Below are positions 17,301 to 25,893 of a DNA stretch of 64,000 nt, piece by piece. The stretch comes from an uncultured Chryseobacterium sp. (GTDB lineage Bacteria; Bacteroidota; Bacteroidia; Flavobacteriales; Weeksellaceae). The stretch lies in NCBI RefSeq assembly GCF_913775525.1, contig NZ_CAJYLH010000034.1; one strand, written 5' to 3'. Numbering within the stretch: the first letter of the stretch is position 1; the number at the start of each line of letters is the position of its first letter. A program made the position numbers and the translations under genes. A model generated the notes under the pieces. The model was not told where the DNA came from. It did not search any database and saw only the letters and a program-made list of their open reading frames with translations.

Positions 17301-17994
17301 AGCCCTGACTTCTGAAGAAATAGATTGCGTAATCCTCGATGTAGGACCTTCCAGGGGAAATGAGTATAAAATTATTGAGTCTATTAAAAGCTATGAAGGG
17401 CTGGAAAATTTACCGATCATCATATTTACCGAGCGGAATTTATCTAAATCCGAAGAGCTGAAGATCAAGCAGTATGCAGATTCTATTGTGGTAAAAACGG
17501 CTCACTCCTATCAGCGGATCCTCGATGAAGTAGGCCTGTTCCTGCATCTCGTAGAGGAAAAAAACAGCTCTCCCGAAATCACCCGGAGCAAAACCCTGGG
17601 ATCGCTTACCGAAGTCCTGAGCGGAAAAAAGATCCTGATAACGGATGATGACGTAAGGAATATTTTCTCACTGACCAAAGCCCTGGAAAAATATAAAGTG
17701 GAAGTGGTTCTGGCTATGGATGGGAAGCAGGCACTGGAACAGATCAAGCTGCACCCGGATATTGATGTTATCCTGATGGATATGATGATGCCGGAAATGG
17801 ACGGTTATGAAACCATTCGCCAGATCAGAAAAATGCCGATGTTCACCCGGCTTCCGGTGATTGCCGTTACGGCAAAATCCATGATTGGGGAACGTGAAAA
17901 ATGCATTACGGCCGGTGCTTCGGATTACATTTCTAAGCCTGTGGATATCGACCAGCTCCTATCCCTGTTACGCGTCTGGTTGTATGAAAGTTAA
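14383..17994 (+). CDS. hybrid sensor histidine kinase: CHASE3 - TM - HAMP - GAF - long E/Q-rich coiled coil - HisKA - HATPase_c - three REC domains
   Basis: 1203 aa. N-terminal TM plus a CHASE3-like helix bundle (LLDAETGDRGYQLTG), a second TM and a HAMP domain (GDLVGSLNHMTDSL). H-box MSHELRTPLNSI; G boxes DTGIGI and GGTGLGLSI. The RECs carry LIIEDD...LLDVQLP, LIVEEN...ILDVG and LITDDD...LMDMMMPEMDG. Confidence 0.9.
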   Translation: MPKKIIRNLQFGVGLSLLILIASSIASYVSIQNQMENRESLSKSRRSITAVKDVLIALLDAETGDRGYQLTGKESYLEPYNRSLIEFPKAIERAKALQINDANQLKRLNDLEKNVNENMDHLKQIVQNKQKGILLTQDQMMTSKFYMDQCRKLVQDFVQYEERQLEIKNKSLTKASTTTVIFIILSAIAALVVTVFFYIKLRNDLVRREKLENELKAKDLEITRRVNAIQKIANRVANGDYSQKVVDNSEDDLGDLVGSLNHMTDSLKKSFDQINKSDWRQKGLAMLNESLVGNKSVKEVTENALNQLIDYGKCINGAIYLLDDGMLKLSKAVGLEDAMKKVFEPGEGMVGQVFKNRKTRIFNDLDDNDFAVTFAGSKMKIDGILLAPIMVGRECYGVMELNSITNFDQDRIEYCVEGTRNIAIALSAAKAREKEQRLLEETQAQAEELQMQHSELENLNTELEAQTQKLQASEEELRVQQEELMQTNSELEERSKLLEEKNHLIAERNIEIQKKAEELALSTKYKSEFLANMSHELRTPLNSILLLSRLMAENPDENLNEDQVESAKVIQSSGSSLLTLIDEILDLAKIESGKMTLEYQDVMIQEVVKDLQNLFNPLVQDKGIRFDIDIDKQLGNSIETDRLRLDQVLRNLLSNALKFTTEGSIGLHVTKDSKQKNFINFTVKDTGIGIPEDKQHIIFEAFQQADGSTRRKFGGTGLGLSISREIARLLGGELTLKSKVSEGSEFTLSIPMKALSEEVHIQTDQDLVEIIQEDVQEIRQILDLEEPQPARTSMVLEIPEDVDDDRDDIGEGDRVILIIEDDTHFAKALLKYARMQHYKGVVVVRGDHALSAALQYRPSAILLDVQLPVRDGWQVMDELKNNSQTKPIPVHMMSSLQVKKESLMRGAIDFINKPVALEHMTDVFRKIEEALRKSPQKVLIVEENAKHASALHYFLSNFNISLSVEDNVEDSVKALTSEEIDCVILDVGPSRGNEYKIIESIKSYEGLENLPIIIFTERNLSKSEELKIKQYADSIVVKTAHSYQRILDEVGLFLHLVEEKNSSPEITRSKTLGSLTEVLSGKKILITDDDVRNIFSLTKALEKYKVEVVLAMDGKQALEQIKLHPDIDVILMDMMMPEMDGYETIRQIRKMPMFTRLPVIAVTAKSMIGEREKCITAGASDYISKPVDIDQLLSLLRVWLYES

Positions 17995-18009
17995 ACAGCA
18001 AAAAGTCTG

Positions 18010-18375
18010 ATGAATAAGAAAATCTTGATTGTGGATGATGATCCACGTAATATATTTGCCCTGAAGCTGACCCTAAAGGCACGTGGCTATCAGATGGAAA
18101 GCTCCCTGATGGCACGTGATGCCATTGAGCTGCTTAAGGGAGATGTCGGGATTGGCCTTGTGCTGATGGATATGATGATGCCGGAGATGGATGGCTATGA
18201 AGCGATCAGGATCATCCGCAGTACCTCTGCTGTCAGTACAGTGCCCGTAATAGCGGTAACGGCACAGGCAATGCCTGAAGACCGCCAGAAATGCCTGGAT
18301 GCGGGAGCACAGGATTACATTTCAAAACCTATTGATGTGGATCACCTCGTCAATATCATAGAAAAATACATTTAA
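18010..18375 (+). CDS. single-domain response regulator (CheY-like receiver)
   Basis: 121 aa with ILIVDDD, LMDMMMPEMDG, AVTA and YISKP. Confidence 0.9.
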   Translation: MNKKILIVDDDPRNIFALKLTLKARGYQMESSLMARDAIELLKGDVGIGLVLMDMMMPEMDGYEAIRIIRSTSAVSTVPVIAVTAQAMPEDRQKCLDAGAQDYISKPIDVDHLVNIIEKYI

Positions 18376-19205
18376 TGTTGGAACCGAGCATCATCAAGGA
18401 CGAAGAGGTAGAACACCTGATCAAGGATGTCTACGAACTGTACGGGTACGATTTTTCCCTGTACAGCAGGGCATCGTTCAGGCGCAGGATCAACCGCATC
18501 TGTGTGATTGATAAATTCACCAGTTTTGCAGAACTGCGCTATACCGTGCTTAATGATCCGGATTACCTGAAGCATTTTATTGAAGAAATTACAGTGAACG
18601 TCACGGAAATGTTCCGTGATCCCCACTTTTTCAAGGCATTAAGAGAGAAAATCCTTCCACAGCTCGGAACTTATCCCCTGATCCGGATCTGGGTGGCCGG
18701 ATGCTCCACCGGAGAGGAGGCCTACTCTATTGCTATTCTTTTAAAAGAAGCCGGCCTTTATCATAAATCGCTGATTTACGGTACCGATATCAATCCGTCT
18801 GTTCTGGAAAAGGCCCGCTCGGGAGTTTTTCCTTTGCAGCAGATGAAATTGTATTCTGAAAATTATATCCTTTCCGGCGGAAAAAAGGATTTTTCAGATT
18901 ATTATACGGCCAATTATGACAGTGTGCGGTTCGACAAGAGCCTGCAGGAAAAACTGATCCTGTCTACCCATAACCTGGTTTCAGACAGCTCGTTCAACAG
19001 TTTCCAGCTGGTGATCTGCCGTAATGTGCTGATTTATTTTGATAAAGCATTGCAGGAGCATGTTTTCAGGCTTTTTGATGCCAGTCTGGAGAATTTAGGT
19101 TTCCTGGCGCTGGGTTCTAAGGAAACCCTCAGGTTTTCCAATTTGGGGAAATATTATCATCAGATTGAAGATCAGCGTATCTGGAAAAAAGTAGACCACC
19201 ATTAA
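18375..19205 (+). CDS. cheR: CheR-type protein-glutamate O-methyltransferase
   Basis: 276 aa with TEMFRDPHFF and the SAM motif IWVAGCSTGEEAYSIA, plus ICRNVLIYF. Its start overlaps the upstream stop. Confidence 0.9.
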   Translation: MLEPSIIKDEEVEHLIKDVYELYGYDFSLYSRASFRRRINRICVIDKFTSFAELRYTVLNDPDYLKHFIEEITVNVTEMFRDPHFFKALREKILPQLGTYPLIRIWVAGCSTGEEAYSIAILLKEAGLYHKSLIYGTDINPSVLEKARSGVFPLQQMKLYSENYILSGGKKDFSDYYTANYDSVRFDKSLQEKLILSTHNLVSDSSFNSFQLVICRNVLIYFDKALQEHVFRLFDASLENLGFLALGSKETLRFSNLGKYYHQIEDQRIWKKVDHH

Positions 19206-19216
19206 ATCGGAATGTT

Positions 19217-19801
19217 ATGGAGATGCATAAGGGAACAACAGAATTAGTCGTTATCGGAGGGTCAGCCGGAAGTTTGCAGGTCATCCTGGAAATGGTCAAG
19301 AAACTTGACAGTCCGCTTGCGTTTCCTATTCTGGTCGTTGTTCACCGCAAAGCCCATTCCGTAAGCATTTTACCTGCTCTGCTCCAGCAGTTTTCCCCTC
19401 TTGATGTGATTGAGGTTGAAGACAAAACGGAAATTGATGTCAATGGCATTTACATTGTACCCGCAGATTACCACCTGCTTTTTGAAAGCAGAAGGGCAGT
19501 ATCACTGGACAGTTCGGAAAAACTGAATTATTCAAGGCCTTCCATAGATGTCACATTTAAGTCTGCAGCCGAAATGTACGGAGAGAACCTTACGGGCGTT
19601 CTTTTGTCAGGTGCCAATGCAGATGGCGTGGAAGGGCTGAAATACATCAAAAAAAACAAAGGCCAGGTCTGGATCCAGGATCCGGATACGGCAGAGGTAC
19701 GGTATATGCCGCAGTATGCAGTGGAGAGAGTTGCTTATGACCGGCTGATCACACCGGGAACTCTGGCAGACCATATTAACAAGTTGCATTCAGCACAGTA
19801 A
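19217..19801 (+). CDS. cheB: CheB-type protein-glutamate methylesterase, catalytic domain only (no receiver domain)
   Basis: 194 aa. Catalytic triad contexts are present: VVIGGSAGS, VVVHR and SGANADG. Confidence 0.85.
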   Translation: MEMHKGTTELVVIGGSAGSLQVILEMVKKLDSPLAFPILVVVHRKAHSVSILPALLQQFSPLDVIEVEDKTEIDVNGIYIVPADYHLLFESRRAVSLDSSEKLNYSRPSIDVTFKSAAEMYGENLTGVLLSGANADGVEGLKYIKKNKGQVWIQDPDTAEVRYMPQYAVERVAYDRLITPGTLADHINKLHSAQ

Positions 19802-19827
19802 AAAACTTTAGGTTCAAAATAAATGAT

Positions 19828-20193
19828 ATGAGTAAAAAAAAGATTTTGATTTTTGATGATGACACCGTTATTCTGGAGGTGATCACCATTATTTTTGAAG
19901 AAGGCGGCTATGAAGTTGAAATTTCCGAAACATCCCACGATATCATAGATAAAGTATCAGCATTCCGTCCGGATATTATCCTGATGGACAACTGGATCCC
20001 CAATATCGGAGGTGTGGAGGCCACCCGTCTTCTGAAAAGCCATGAGGAATTCAGTAAAATCCCGGTCATCTATGTTACGGCCAATAATGATATTGCCGCG
20101 CTGGCTGCCAGTGCAAAAGCTGACGATTATGTTGCCAAGCCGTTCAACCTGGAAGATCTGGAAGAAAAAGTAGCCCGCCTGGTACAGGATTAA
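19828..20193 (+). CDS. single-domain response regulator
   Basis: 121 aa with ILIFDDD, ILMDNWIPNIGG, YVTA and YVAKP. Confidence 0.85.
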   Translation: MSKKKILIFDDDTVILEVITIIFEEGGYEVEISETSHDIIDKVSAFRPDIILMDNWIPNIGGVEATRLLKSHEEFSKIPVIYVTANNDIAALAASAKADDYVAKPFNLEDLEEKVARLVQD

Positions 20194-20352
20194 TATTGAT
20201 CTTGTCCTGATTACTTCAATAAAAGATGCTGTCCTGACATGGTTGTCCTGTGTAAGGACAGCACCACTTTACAGGTGTGGCTGAACCTATGCTACAAAAA
20301 AGAGACATTTTTCAATAAAATGCCTCCTTAAATGTTGTTTCAGTTTCTTAAA

Positions 20353-20802
20353 TTATCTTGATTCTTCAAGATTCTCAAATTTGCTGTATGATGATCTCAG
20401 GTGATGCAGGTGGTCAGATACTACTTTTGTGCTTTCCGGACAAAGGTCTCCGCTTTCTAAGGCATCTTCATAAGCCTTGATGGCTGCTTTTTCTCCGAAT
20501 ACTACGTTTTCAAGAGTAGCTTCATCCTTGTTTCCTGAAAAAGTATTTTTTACATCGATCCATGCTCTGTGGATTGCACCGGCCGTACTGGTTGTATTAT
20601 CGGCTTCCCCTCCTTTTTCATTGATCAGCCTGATCAGGTCATTTTTCATATTCTGGGATTCAGATACCATCTGATCATAATCAGCTTTTAATCCTGAATG
20701 GTTTTCCCATACTTTGTCTTCTACTTTAGAAAATCCTTCAATTCTGTCATTCGTGATGTTGAGTAAATCGTTAAGTACCGATACGGTTTTTTCGTTGTTC
20801 AT
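20353..20802 (-). CDS. PA2169/DUF2383-family four-helix-bundle (ferritin-like) protein
   Basis: The sequence MNNEKTVSVLNDLLNITNDRIEGF...AIHRAWIDVK...GEKAAIKAYEDAL fits the family pattern. The start is taken at 20802. Confidence 0.7.
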   Translation of the reverse strand: MNNEKTVSVLNDLLNITNDRIEGFSKVEDKVWENHSGLKADYDQMVSESQNMKNDLIRLINEKGGEADNTTSTAGAIHRAWIDVKNTFSGNKDEATLENVVFGEKAAIKAYEDALESGDLCPESTKVVSDHLHHLRSSYSKFENLEESR

Positions 20803-20936
20803 AATAATATTTTTAATTGATGTACTCAATATTTTACAATAACCGTGCCTTAATGGTTTAAAATTTTAATATTGTTCTTATGGGGTTCAGTACCTCATAT
20901 CAAACCTGATTATGAATTTGCAGTCGATTTTGTATA

Positions 20937-20963
20937 TAAAAAATCCCCTGCCGCAGCCGGGGA
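20937..20963 (-). terminator. probable rho-independent terminator downstream of map
   Basis: GC-rich hairpin TCCCCTG...CAGCCGGGGA. An A7 run precedes it on the plus strand, which gives a U-run after the stem on the minus strand. Confidence 0.45.
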
Positions 20964-21170
20964 ATAAGAAAGTATTTATAAATGAAGTGATTTGGTGTTA
21001 CAATCTTAGTAACAAATACTATGCCTTAAATAATTTTTAAACCAAAATCGGAACATTTATATTAAATTTTCTATGAAATATTTTTTAACTCTCATTTATG
21101 CTGAGAAATAGATGATACAATTAAAATTATCAAGTACTTTGCGCTTAATTATTTATATGCTTTGAACGCA

Positions 21171-21935
21171 TCAGTTCAGGATACCGTTCATCTCCGTCAA
21201 GATAACAGGCTTACCATCCGTCACAATAAGCGTATGCTCATGCTGTGCCATATACCCGCATTTATTGCCTACCATCGTCCAGCCGTCGTTCTGTTCCACC
21301 GCAATTGCTGAATCCGTTGAGATAAAGGTTTCAATAGCCACTACGGAATTTTTCCTGAATCTGCGGGTATCAAACCTGTTTTTATAATTGAACAGTTCAT
21401 CGGGCTGCTCATGGAGGCTTCTCCCTACTCCATGTCCGGCCAGGTTTTTAATGACCCTGAATCCTCTCTTTTTAGCTTCGGTTTCCATCAACAGTCCGAT
21501 ATCTGCAATTTTCACCCCGCCCCTGATATTGCTGATGGCCTTCTGTAAAATGGCTTTGGAGGCATCAACAAGACTTTGATGACGGTTAATATCTTTACCG
21601 ATGACAAAAGACCCTCCGTTATCTGCCCAATAGCCGTTCAGTTCTGCGGAAACATCAATATTGATCAGGTCACCTTCTTTTAAAATCCTCTTATCAGAAG
21701 GGATCCCATGGCAGAACTCATTGTCAACACTGATGCAGGTCCATCCCGGGAAGCCATACGTCAGATAAGGTGCAGATTTAGCTCCGAAACCCGAAAGGAT
21801 TCCGGCTCCGTATTCATCAAGCTCTTTTGTGGTCATTCCGGGCTGAGCATATTGGGTCATTTCCTTGAGCGTGTAGGCCACTGCCTCACTGATCTTCTGC
21901 ATTCCGGCCAGTTCGGCTTCGTTCGTTATGGACAT
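21171..21935 (-). CDS. map: type I methionine aminopeptidase
   Basis: 254 aa with the metal-ligand contexts FCHGIP, DLINIDV, GHGVGRSLHE and AIETF...EHT. Confidence 0.9.
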   Translation of the reverse strand: MSITNEAELAGMQKISEAVAYTLKEMTQYAQPGMTTKELDEYGAGILSGFGAKSAPYLTYGFPGWTCISVDNEFCHGIPSDKRILKEGDLINIDVSAELNGYWADNGGSFVIGKDINRHQSLVDASKAILQKAISNIRGGVKIADIGLLMETEAKKRGFRVIKNLAGHGVGRSLHEQPDELFNYKNRFDTRRFRKNSVVAIETFISTDSAIAVEQNDGWTMVGNKCGYMAQHEHTLIVTDGKPVILTEMNGILN

Positions 21936-22289
21936 AGTGTATTATTATGGTTTAAAACGTCAAAGTTAGGAAATAACCCTTGAGGAAGTTAAAAATATAC
22001 TCAATACTCTGCACAATACAGAACATTTATCTTTACAGTTGCTGGAATAATTAAAAAACTACCCCAAACGGTCAAAACACCGGCTTAGAATCAGCAGTAA
22101 TTTCGAGAATATGAACAGGAATAATGCGAACAAAATTTGTATTTAAAAGGTTATGGTAAAAAACAGCCAAGGATGAATATCTGTTGCCAGGCATCCAGAG
22201 ATGAGAATATGAAAACCGGAATCCTGTGCGCCCTATCGCACGGAGATCCGTTAGTGCTTGTATAGCCGGATCATCCTCAACTGTTTTTT

Positions 22290-22775
22290 CTATTTGACAT
22301 TGACATTATAATGAGGATAGGAACCGGCATCCTTGAAAATAAACGGCAATTCAAATTTTAACCGGTCATCTTTAAACACTTTAATACCTACGGTCATTTC
22401 ACCGGAATCTGTATTGTTCAGATGCATTTCCCCATTTACCGAAAGTATTTTCACATTCGCGCTGGTTGTAAAGCTTTTCTGCATGGGGAGGTTTTCCTGC
22501 GCTTCAAATACATATTCTGTATCCGAAACCTTTTTAGTTGACAATACATCAATGCCTGAGACCGTGGGAACAGTATTCTTTTTTACGATGGCAGACACCG
22601 TTAATTTTTCTGTCCATTTCTGGTACTCTCCGGAATACTTCAGCTCTACCCTGTAAGTACCTGATTCATTTTCTGAAGGTTCGTCTTCCCTCCCGATACA
22701 GTTGACAATGGTACATGAAACCGTTATCAATACTATAATCAAAAAGTAAAAAGCAATCCTGCGCTTATTTCTCAT
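22290..22775 (-). CDS. hypothetical lipoprotein
   Basis: 161 aa with a signal peptide and lipobox (LITVSC). No other motif. Confidence 0.5.
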   Translation of the reverse strand: MRNKRRIAFYFLIIVLITVSCTIVNCIGREDEPSENESGTYRVELKYSGEYQKWTEKLTVSAIVKKNTVPTVSGIDVLSTKKVSDTEYVFEAQENLPMQKSFTTSANVKILSVNGEMHLNNTDSGEMTVGIKVFKDDRLKFELPFIFKDAGSYPHYNVNVK

Positions 22776-23098
22776 ACTGTAGATTTACAGACGGCTAAAT
22801 TACTAATTTAATTCAAACAATAATGAATTTTATTTAAATTTCCATCATGAAGGCATGGTGGTATATCCTGATGATATGGATATTGTGGCAACTACCTGTT
22901 TATGGCTAAGAAATATACATCTGAGAGGAATACATGGCAAAACGTACTCTTTTAATGACGACAATAAAAGGATGCAGATTAAACTATAATTTCTATTTTT
23001 ACCATACAACTAAATTACGCAGTCTTAATAGCATTCGGTCTTCAAAAAAAGACTGAACTGTTTGTAAGTCTGTTTAACAATCTATCTCATAAACAACC

Positions 23099-23803
23099 AT
23101 GAACAACAATCCGGGCTTTATCTCTTTTTTAAAAGGTCATCCTATACCTGCCGGTCAGTCAACACCGATATCGAAGATCAAACTAACCATCCTGATGCTG
23201 ATCGCCATGCTGGTGGTCAATACCCTGGTGGCCGGACTGCAAATGATGCTGCTTCGCTGGGGAATTACACAACCAATCCGCTCATCCGGAGGTATTCCTG
23301 AATACATGAAAGACATGCCCCGCTACAGAATTGTCCTTGAAATTGTACTGCTTGCTCCTTTACTGGAAGAAACTGCCTTCAGAGGTATCCTGCAAAACAG
23401 TGAGCGATGGTTCAGGATTGCTCTGGTTTCCCTCGCTTATCTGATCATCTGCCGTATTTTCAGCCTGAACTTTTATGAGCTCTCCTGTCCAACGACCGGT
23501 ATCCTGTTCGCAGCAAGCTTTTTATTGTTCATCCGGAAGAAATATACCACCAAAATAATCGATGTAAAAGACAGGCCCCCCTTCCGGCTTATCCTGATCT
23601 GGCTCAGTGCCGTCGCTTTCGGGTTTTGGCATTATTATAATTTCGACTTTAGCCAGGCAGGCATCATAACGGTTGCGGTCAGCCTCATGCCTTTTGCAAT
23701 CAATGGCCTGCTCTTATCTTATGTAGCCGTTAAAAGCGGACTTTCCTGGAGCATCCTGCTGCATATGGCGAATAATGCATGGCCGATGGTGTTGTGGTTT
23801 TGA
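23099..23803 (+). CDS. CPBP-family intramembrane glutamic endopeptidase (CAAX protease-like)
   Basis: Multi-TM protein with the family motifs LLEETAFRG, FGFWH and LLHMANN. Confidence 0.8.
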   Translation: MNNNPGFISFLKGHPIPAGQSTPISKIKLTILMLIAMLVVNTLVAGLQMMLLRWGITQPIRSSGGIPEYMKDMPRYRIVLEIVLLAPLLEETAFRGILQNSERWFRIALVSLAYLIICRIFSLNFYELSCPTTGILFAASFLLFIRKKYTTKIIDVKDRPPFRLILIWLSAVAFGFWHYYNFDFSQAGIITVAVSLMPFAINGLLLSYVAVKSGLSWSILLHMANNAWPMVLWF

Positions 23804-23878
23804 GAGTGAGGATAGCAGCCCTGTTTTGTAAGGTATTATCCATATAATACAATATATTGACAACTGCAAAACAGCAAA

Positions 23879-23917
23879 AAGCCTAAGCAATCTGATGATT
23901 CGCTTAGGCTTTTATTT
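23879..23917. terminator. bidirectional-looking terminator hairpin at the left island junction
   Basis: Stem GCCTAAGC / GCTTAGGC (23881-88 / 23902-09), flanked by AAAAA on the left and TTTTATTT on the right. On the minus strand it directly follows the 13-bp tRNA-end repeat. Confidence 0.55.
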
Positions 23918-23930
23918 GTGGTCCCACTTG
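23918..23930 (-). repeat. 13-bp direct repeat of the tRNA(CAU) 3-prime end (distal att-like site)
   Basis: GTGGTCCCACTTG at 23918-23930 is identical to 33330-33342, which is the acceptor/T-arm 3-prime end of the tRNA. The repeat coincides with the abrupt change in base composition. Confidence 0.65.
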
Positions 23931-24054
23931 TAATGTCCTCCGTGTATTTTTGTGGCATTAGATGGAGTTATATTTACTTTATATCAGCTATTTATAAAAA
24001 TATTGGAGTTGTATGGAGTACTGTAGATGGGTTTAAGCGTGTTTAATAAGTTAG

Positions 24055-25893
24055 TTATATTTTTACTCCATAATAATCTTCTAAAAATGTATCAATAATA
24101 TTTTGATTAGATTCATTTATTAAAAAGTCAATATCATCGTTAGTAAAGTCTGGAATACCAAAATTTTTAATATATGTTCCGTTTAAAGAATAGTAATCAG
24201 ATGAATAAGGTTTGCTCGTTCTTTCTATATAATACCAAAATAAACGTGATTCTAAGATCTTCTTTACCAATTGCATTTCCTCCTCGGAATGACCTATAAT
24301 TGCCTGACCATTGTAAAAAAGCAAATTAGCATCATTACTAATCAAATAGCTTGGTATTTTGTCTGAAAACTTCGGAAAAAACAATTTATTAGTAATCTTT
24401 TCTAAAGACTGGGTTCTTCCAAAAGCAAACCATTTTTCATATTTACCATTGCCCTTATCTCGTTTAGCCAACTCTTTTTTTTTCTTTTTTAAATATTTAT
24501 AAGCATAAGGATATTTTTCTTTCAATACTTCTTCATTAAGGGCTTTCGGCTTAATTTCTTCATCGTATGGGAATAATACTTTTTCTTTTACTTCATCAAA
24601 ATTAATATCTCTGCTCAACTTATTTGAGTTTAATATATCCCTACAGATTCCTTTTTCAATAGGATGTAAACTGCCATTTTGAAGATAATAAAATTCCTCA
24701 TCTTCCATTATAGGCTTAAAAATATAAAGATCATTTCTCAATGTAGCAATGCCATGCCTTGTTTTATACCTTTCACCAAATGATTTTCCTATTTCTTCAA
24801 TCTTAGATATTATTTCATTATCATTCAGATTCCAGCCTTTTTTAGCGTCAAGATTACCATAATCGATTCTCCTATATTGATTCCCATTAATTGGTAATTC
24901 CTTATCAATCGATTTATAGTATTCAATATAATTTTGTTCTACTTTCTCAAGGAAGCAGATACACGTGTAAGTACTTTTTGATTTAAATATCTGATGTGTC
25001 CCAAAGTCAATAATTCTTATTGTAGCTTTATTTTCTTCAAAATAACTTCTTAAAGCCCTGCCATTTAAACTTTTGAAAAAAGTATTCATGGTAATAAAAC
25101 CAAGAATGCCATTTTCTGTAAGATTTTCATAACCAATTTGAAAGAAAGGAATATATAAATCAGGATTACCTGATGTGCTAACAACCCAATTCTTAATATT
25201 TTCTTTAGTTTCCTCATCTAGATTTCTTGCCGAAACATAAGGAGGATTTCCCACAATTATCTCAAATCCTTGAAAATTCTGATATATATTATTCCAATCG
25301 AAAACTAATGAATCTCCCGTAAATATATTAAAATGAAACTCTTCCACATCTTCACCTTCTGACAATGCTAATAAACTCAACAGCAACTTACTTCTATTAA
25401 CAGAATATTCTTGAATATCTAATCCAAATATCTGATTTTGAAAAATATGTTGGTAATTATTCTCTGTCCTTTGTTTTAATTGTTTCGCTGCTGTATACAA
25501 AAAACCAGAACAACCACAAGCAATATCTGCTATTTTAACATCTGCAATTCTATTACCTTCTCTTCTAAATGATTGATTAATGATATATTCCCTGATTTCA
25601 GAAGGAGTATATACCGCGCCATTTATAATTCTGTCAGAAGGAGAAATAACAAATTCAAATAATTCGATTAATTTTTCAATATCAAAAATATTTATTTCTT
25701 TAGTAATAATTTCAATGAATTTAATTAAGCTATCCCATTCCTGTATTTCATCTTCTTGGATATAGTATTCCAACAAAAAACGATTCTCTAAGACTGTTAA
25801 TTGGTTAATTTCTAAAAAAGCAGATACAATAAGTCTATCAACCTCTAAAGGTTGAGTTGAATAGGTTTTTAAGTATCTGAATATTTTTCTCAT
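24055..25893 (-). CDS. N6-adenine DNA methyltransferase, gamma class (Eco57I/TaqI-like, with C-terminal target-recognition region); no nuclease domain evident
   Basis: Motif X is GAVYTPSEI, motif I is DIACGCSGFLY and motif IV is GNPPYVSA (NPPY at 25237-25248). A TaqI_C-like region follows (GRALRSYF...IRIIDFG). The start is either 25926 or, more likely, 25893, where ATGA overlaps the upstream stop. Confidence 0.85.
   Translation of the reverse strand: MRKIFRYLKTYSTQPLEVDRLIVSAFLEINQLTVLENRFLLEYYIQEDEIQEWDSLIKFIEIITKEINIFDIEKLIELFEFVISPSDRIINGAVYTPSEIREYIINQSFRREGNRIADVKIADIACGCSGFLYTAAKQLKQRTENNYQHIFQNQIFGLDIQEYSVNRSKLLLSLLALSEGEDVEEFHFNIFTGDSLVFDWNNIYQNFQGFEIIVGNPPYVSARNLDEETKENIKNWVVSTSGNPDLYIPFFQIGYENLTENGILGFITMNTFFKSLNGRALRSYFEENKATIRIIDFGTHQIFKSKSTYTCICFLEKVEQNYIEYYKSIDKELPINGNQYRRIDYGNLDAKKGWNLNDNEIISKIEEIGKSFGERYKTRHGIATLRNDLYIFKPIMEDEEFYYLQNGSLHPIEKGICRDILNSNKLSRDINFDEVKEKVLFPYDEEIKPKALNEEVLKEKYPYAYKYLKKKKKELAKRDKGNGKYEKWFAFGRTQSLEKITNKLFFPKFSDKIPSYLISNDANLLFYNGQAIIGHSEEEMQLVKKILESRLFWYYIERTSKPYSSDYYSLNGTYIKNFGIPDFTNDDIDFLINESNQNIIDTFLEDYYGVKI

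Noticed and set aside
18010-20193. Interpreting the CheY/CheR/CheB genes as a flagellar chemotaxis operon
   Set aside because: There are no CheA, CheW, MCP or flagellar genes in the cluster, and the lineage signatures (T9SS, gliding-type Bacteroidota) argue against flagellar motility. It is treated as a Che-like modification module for kinases.
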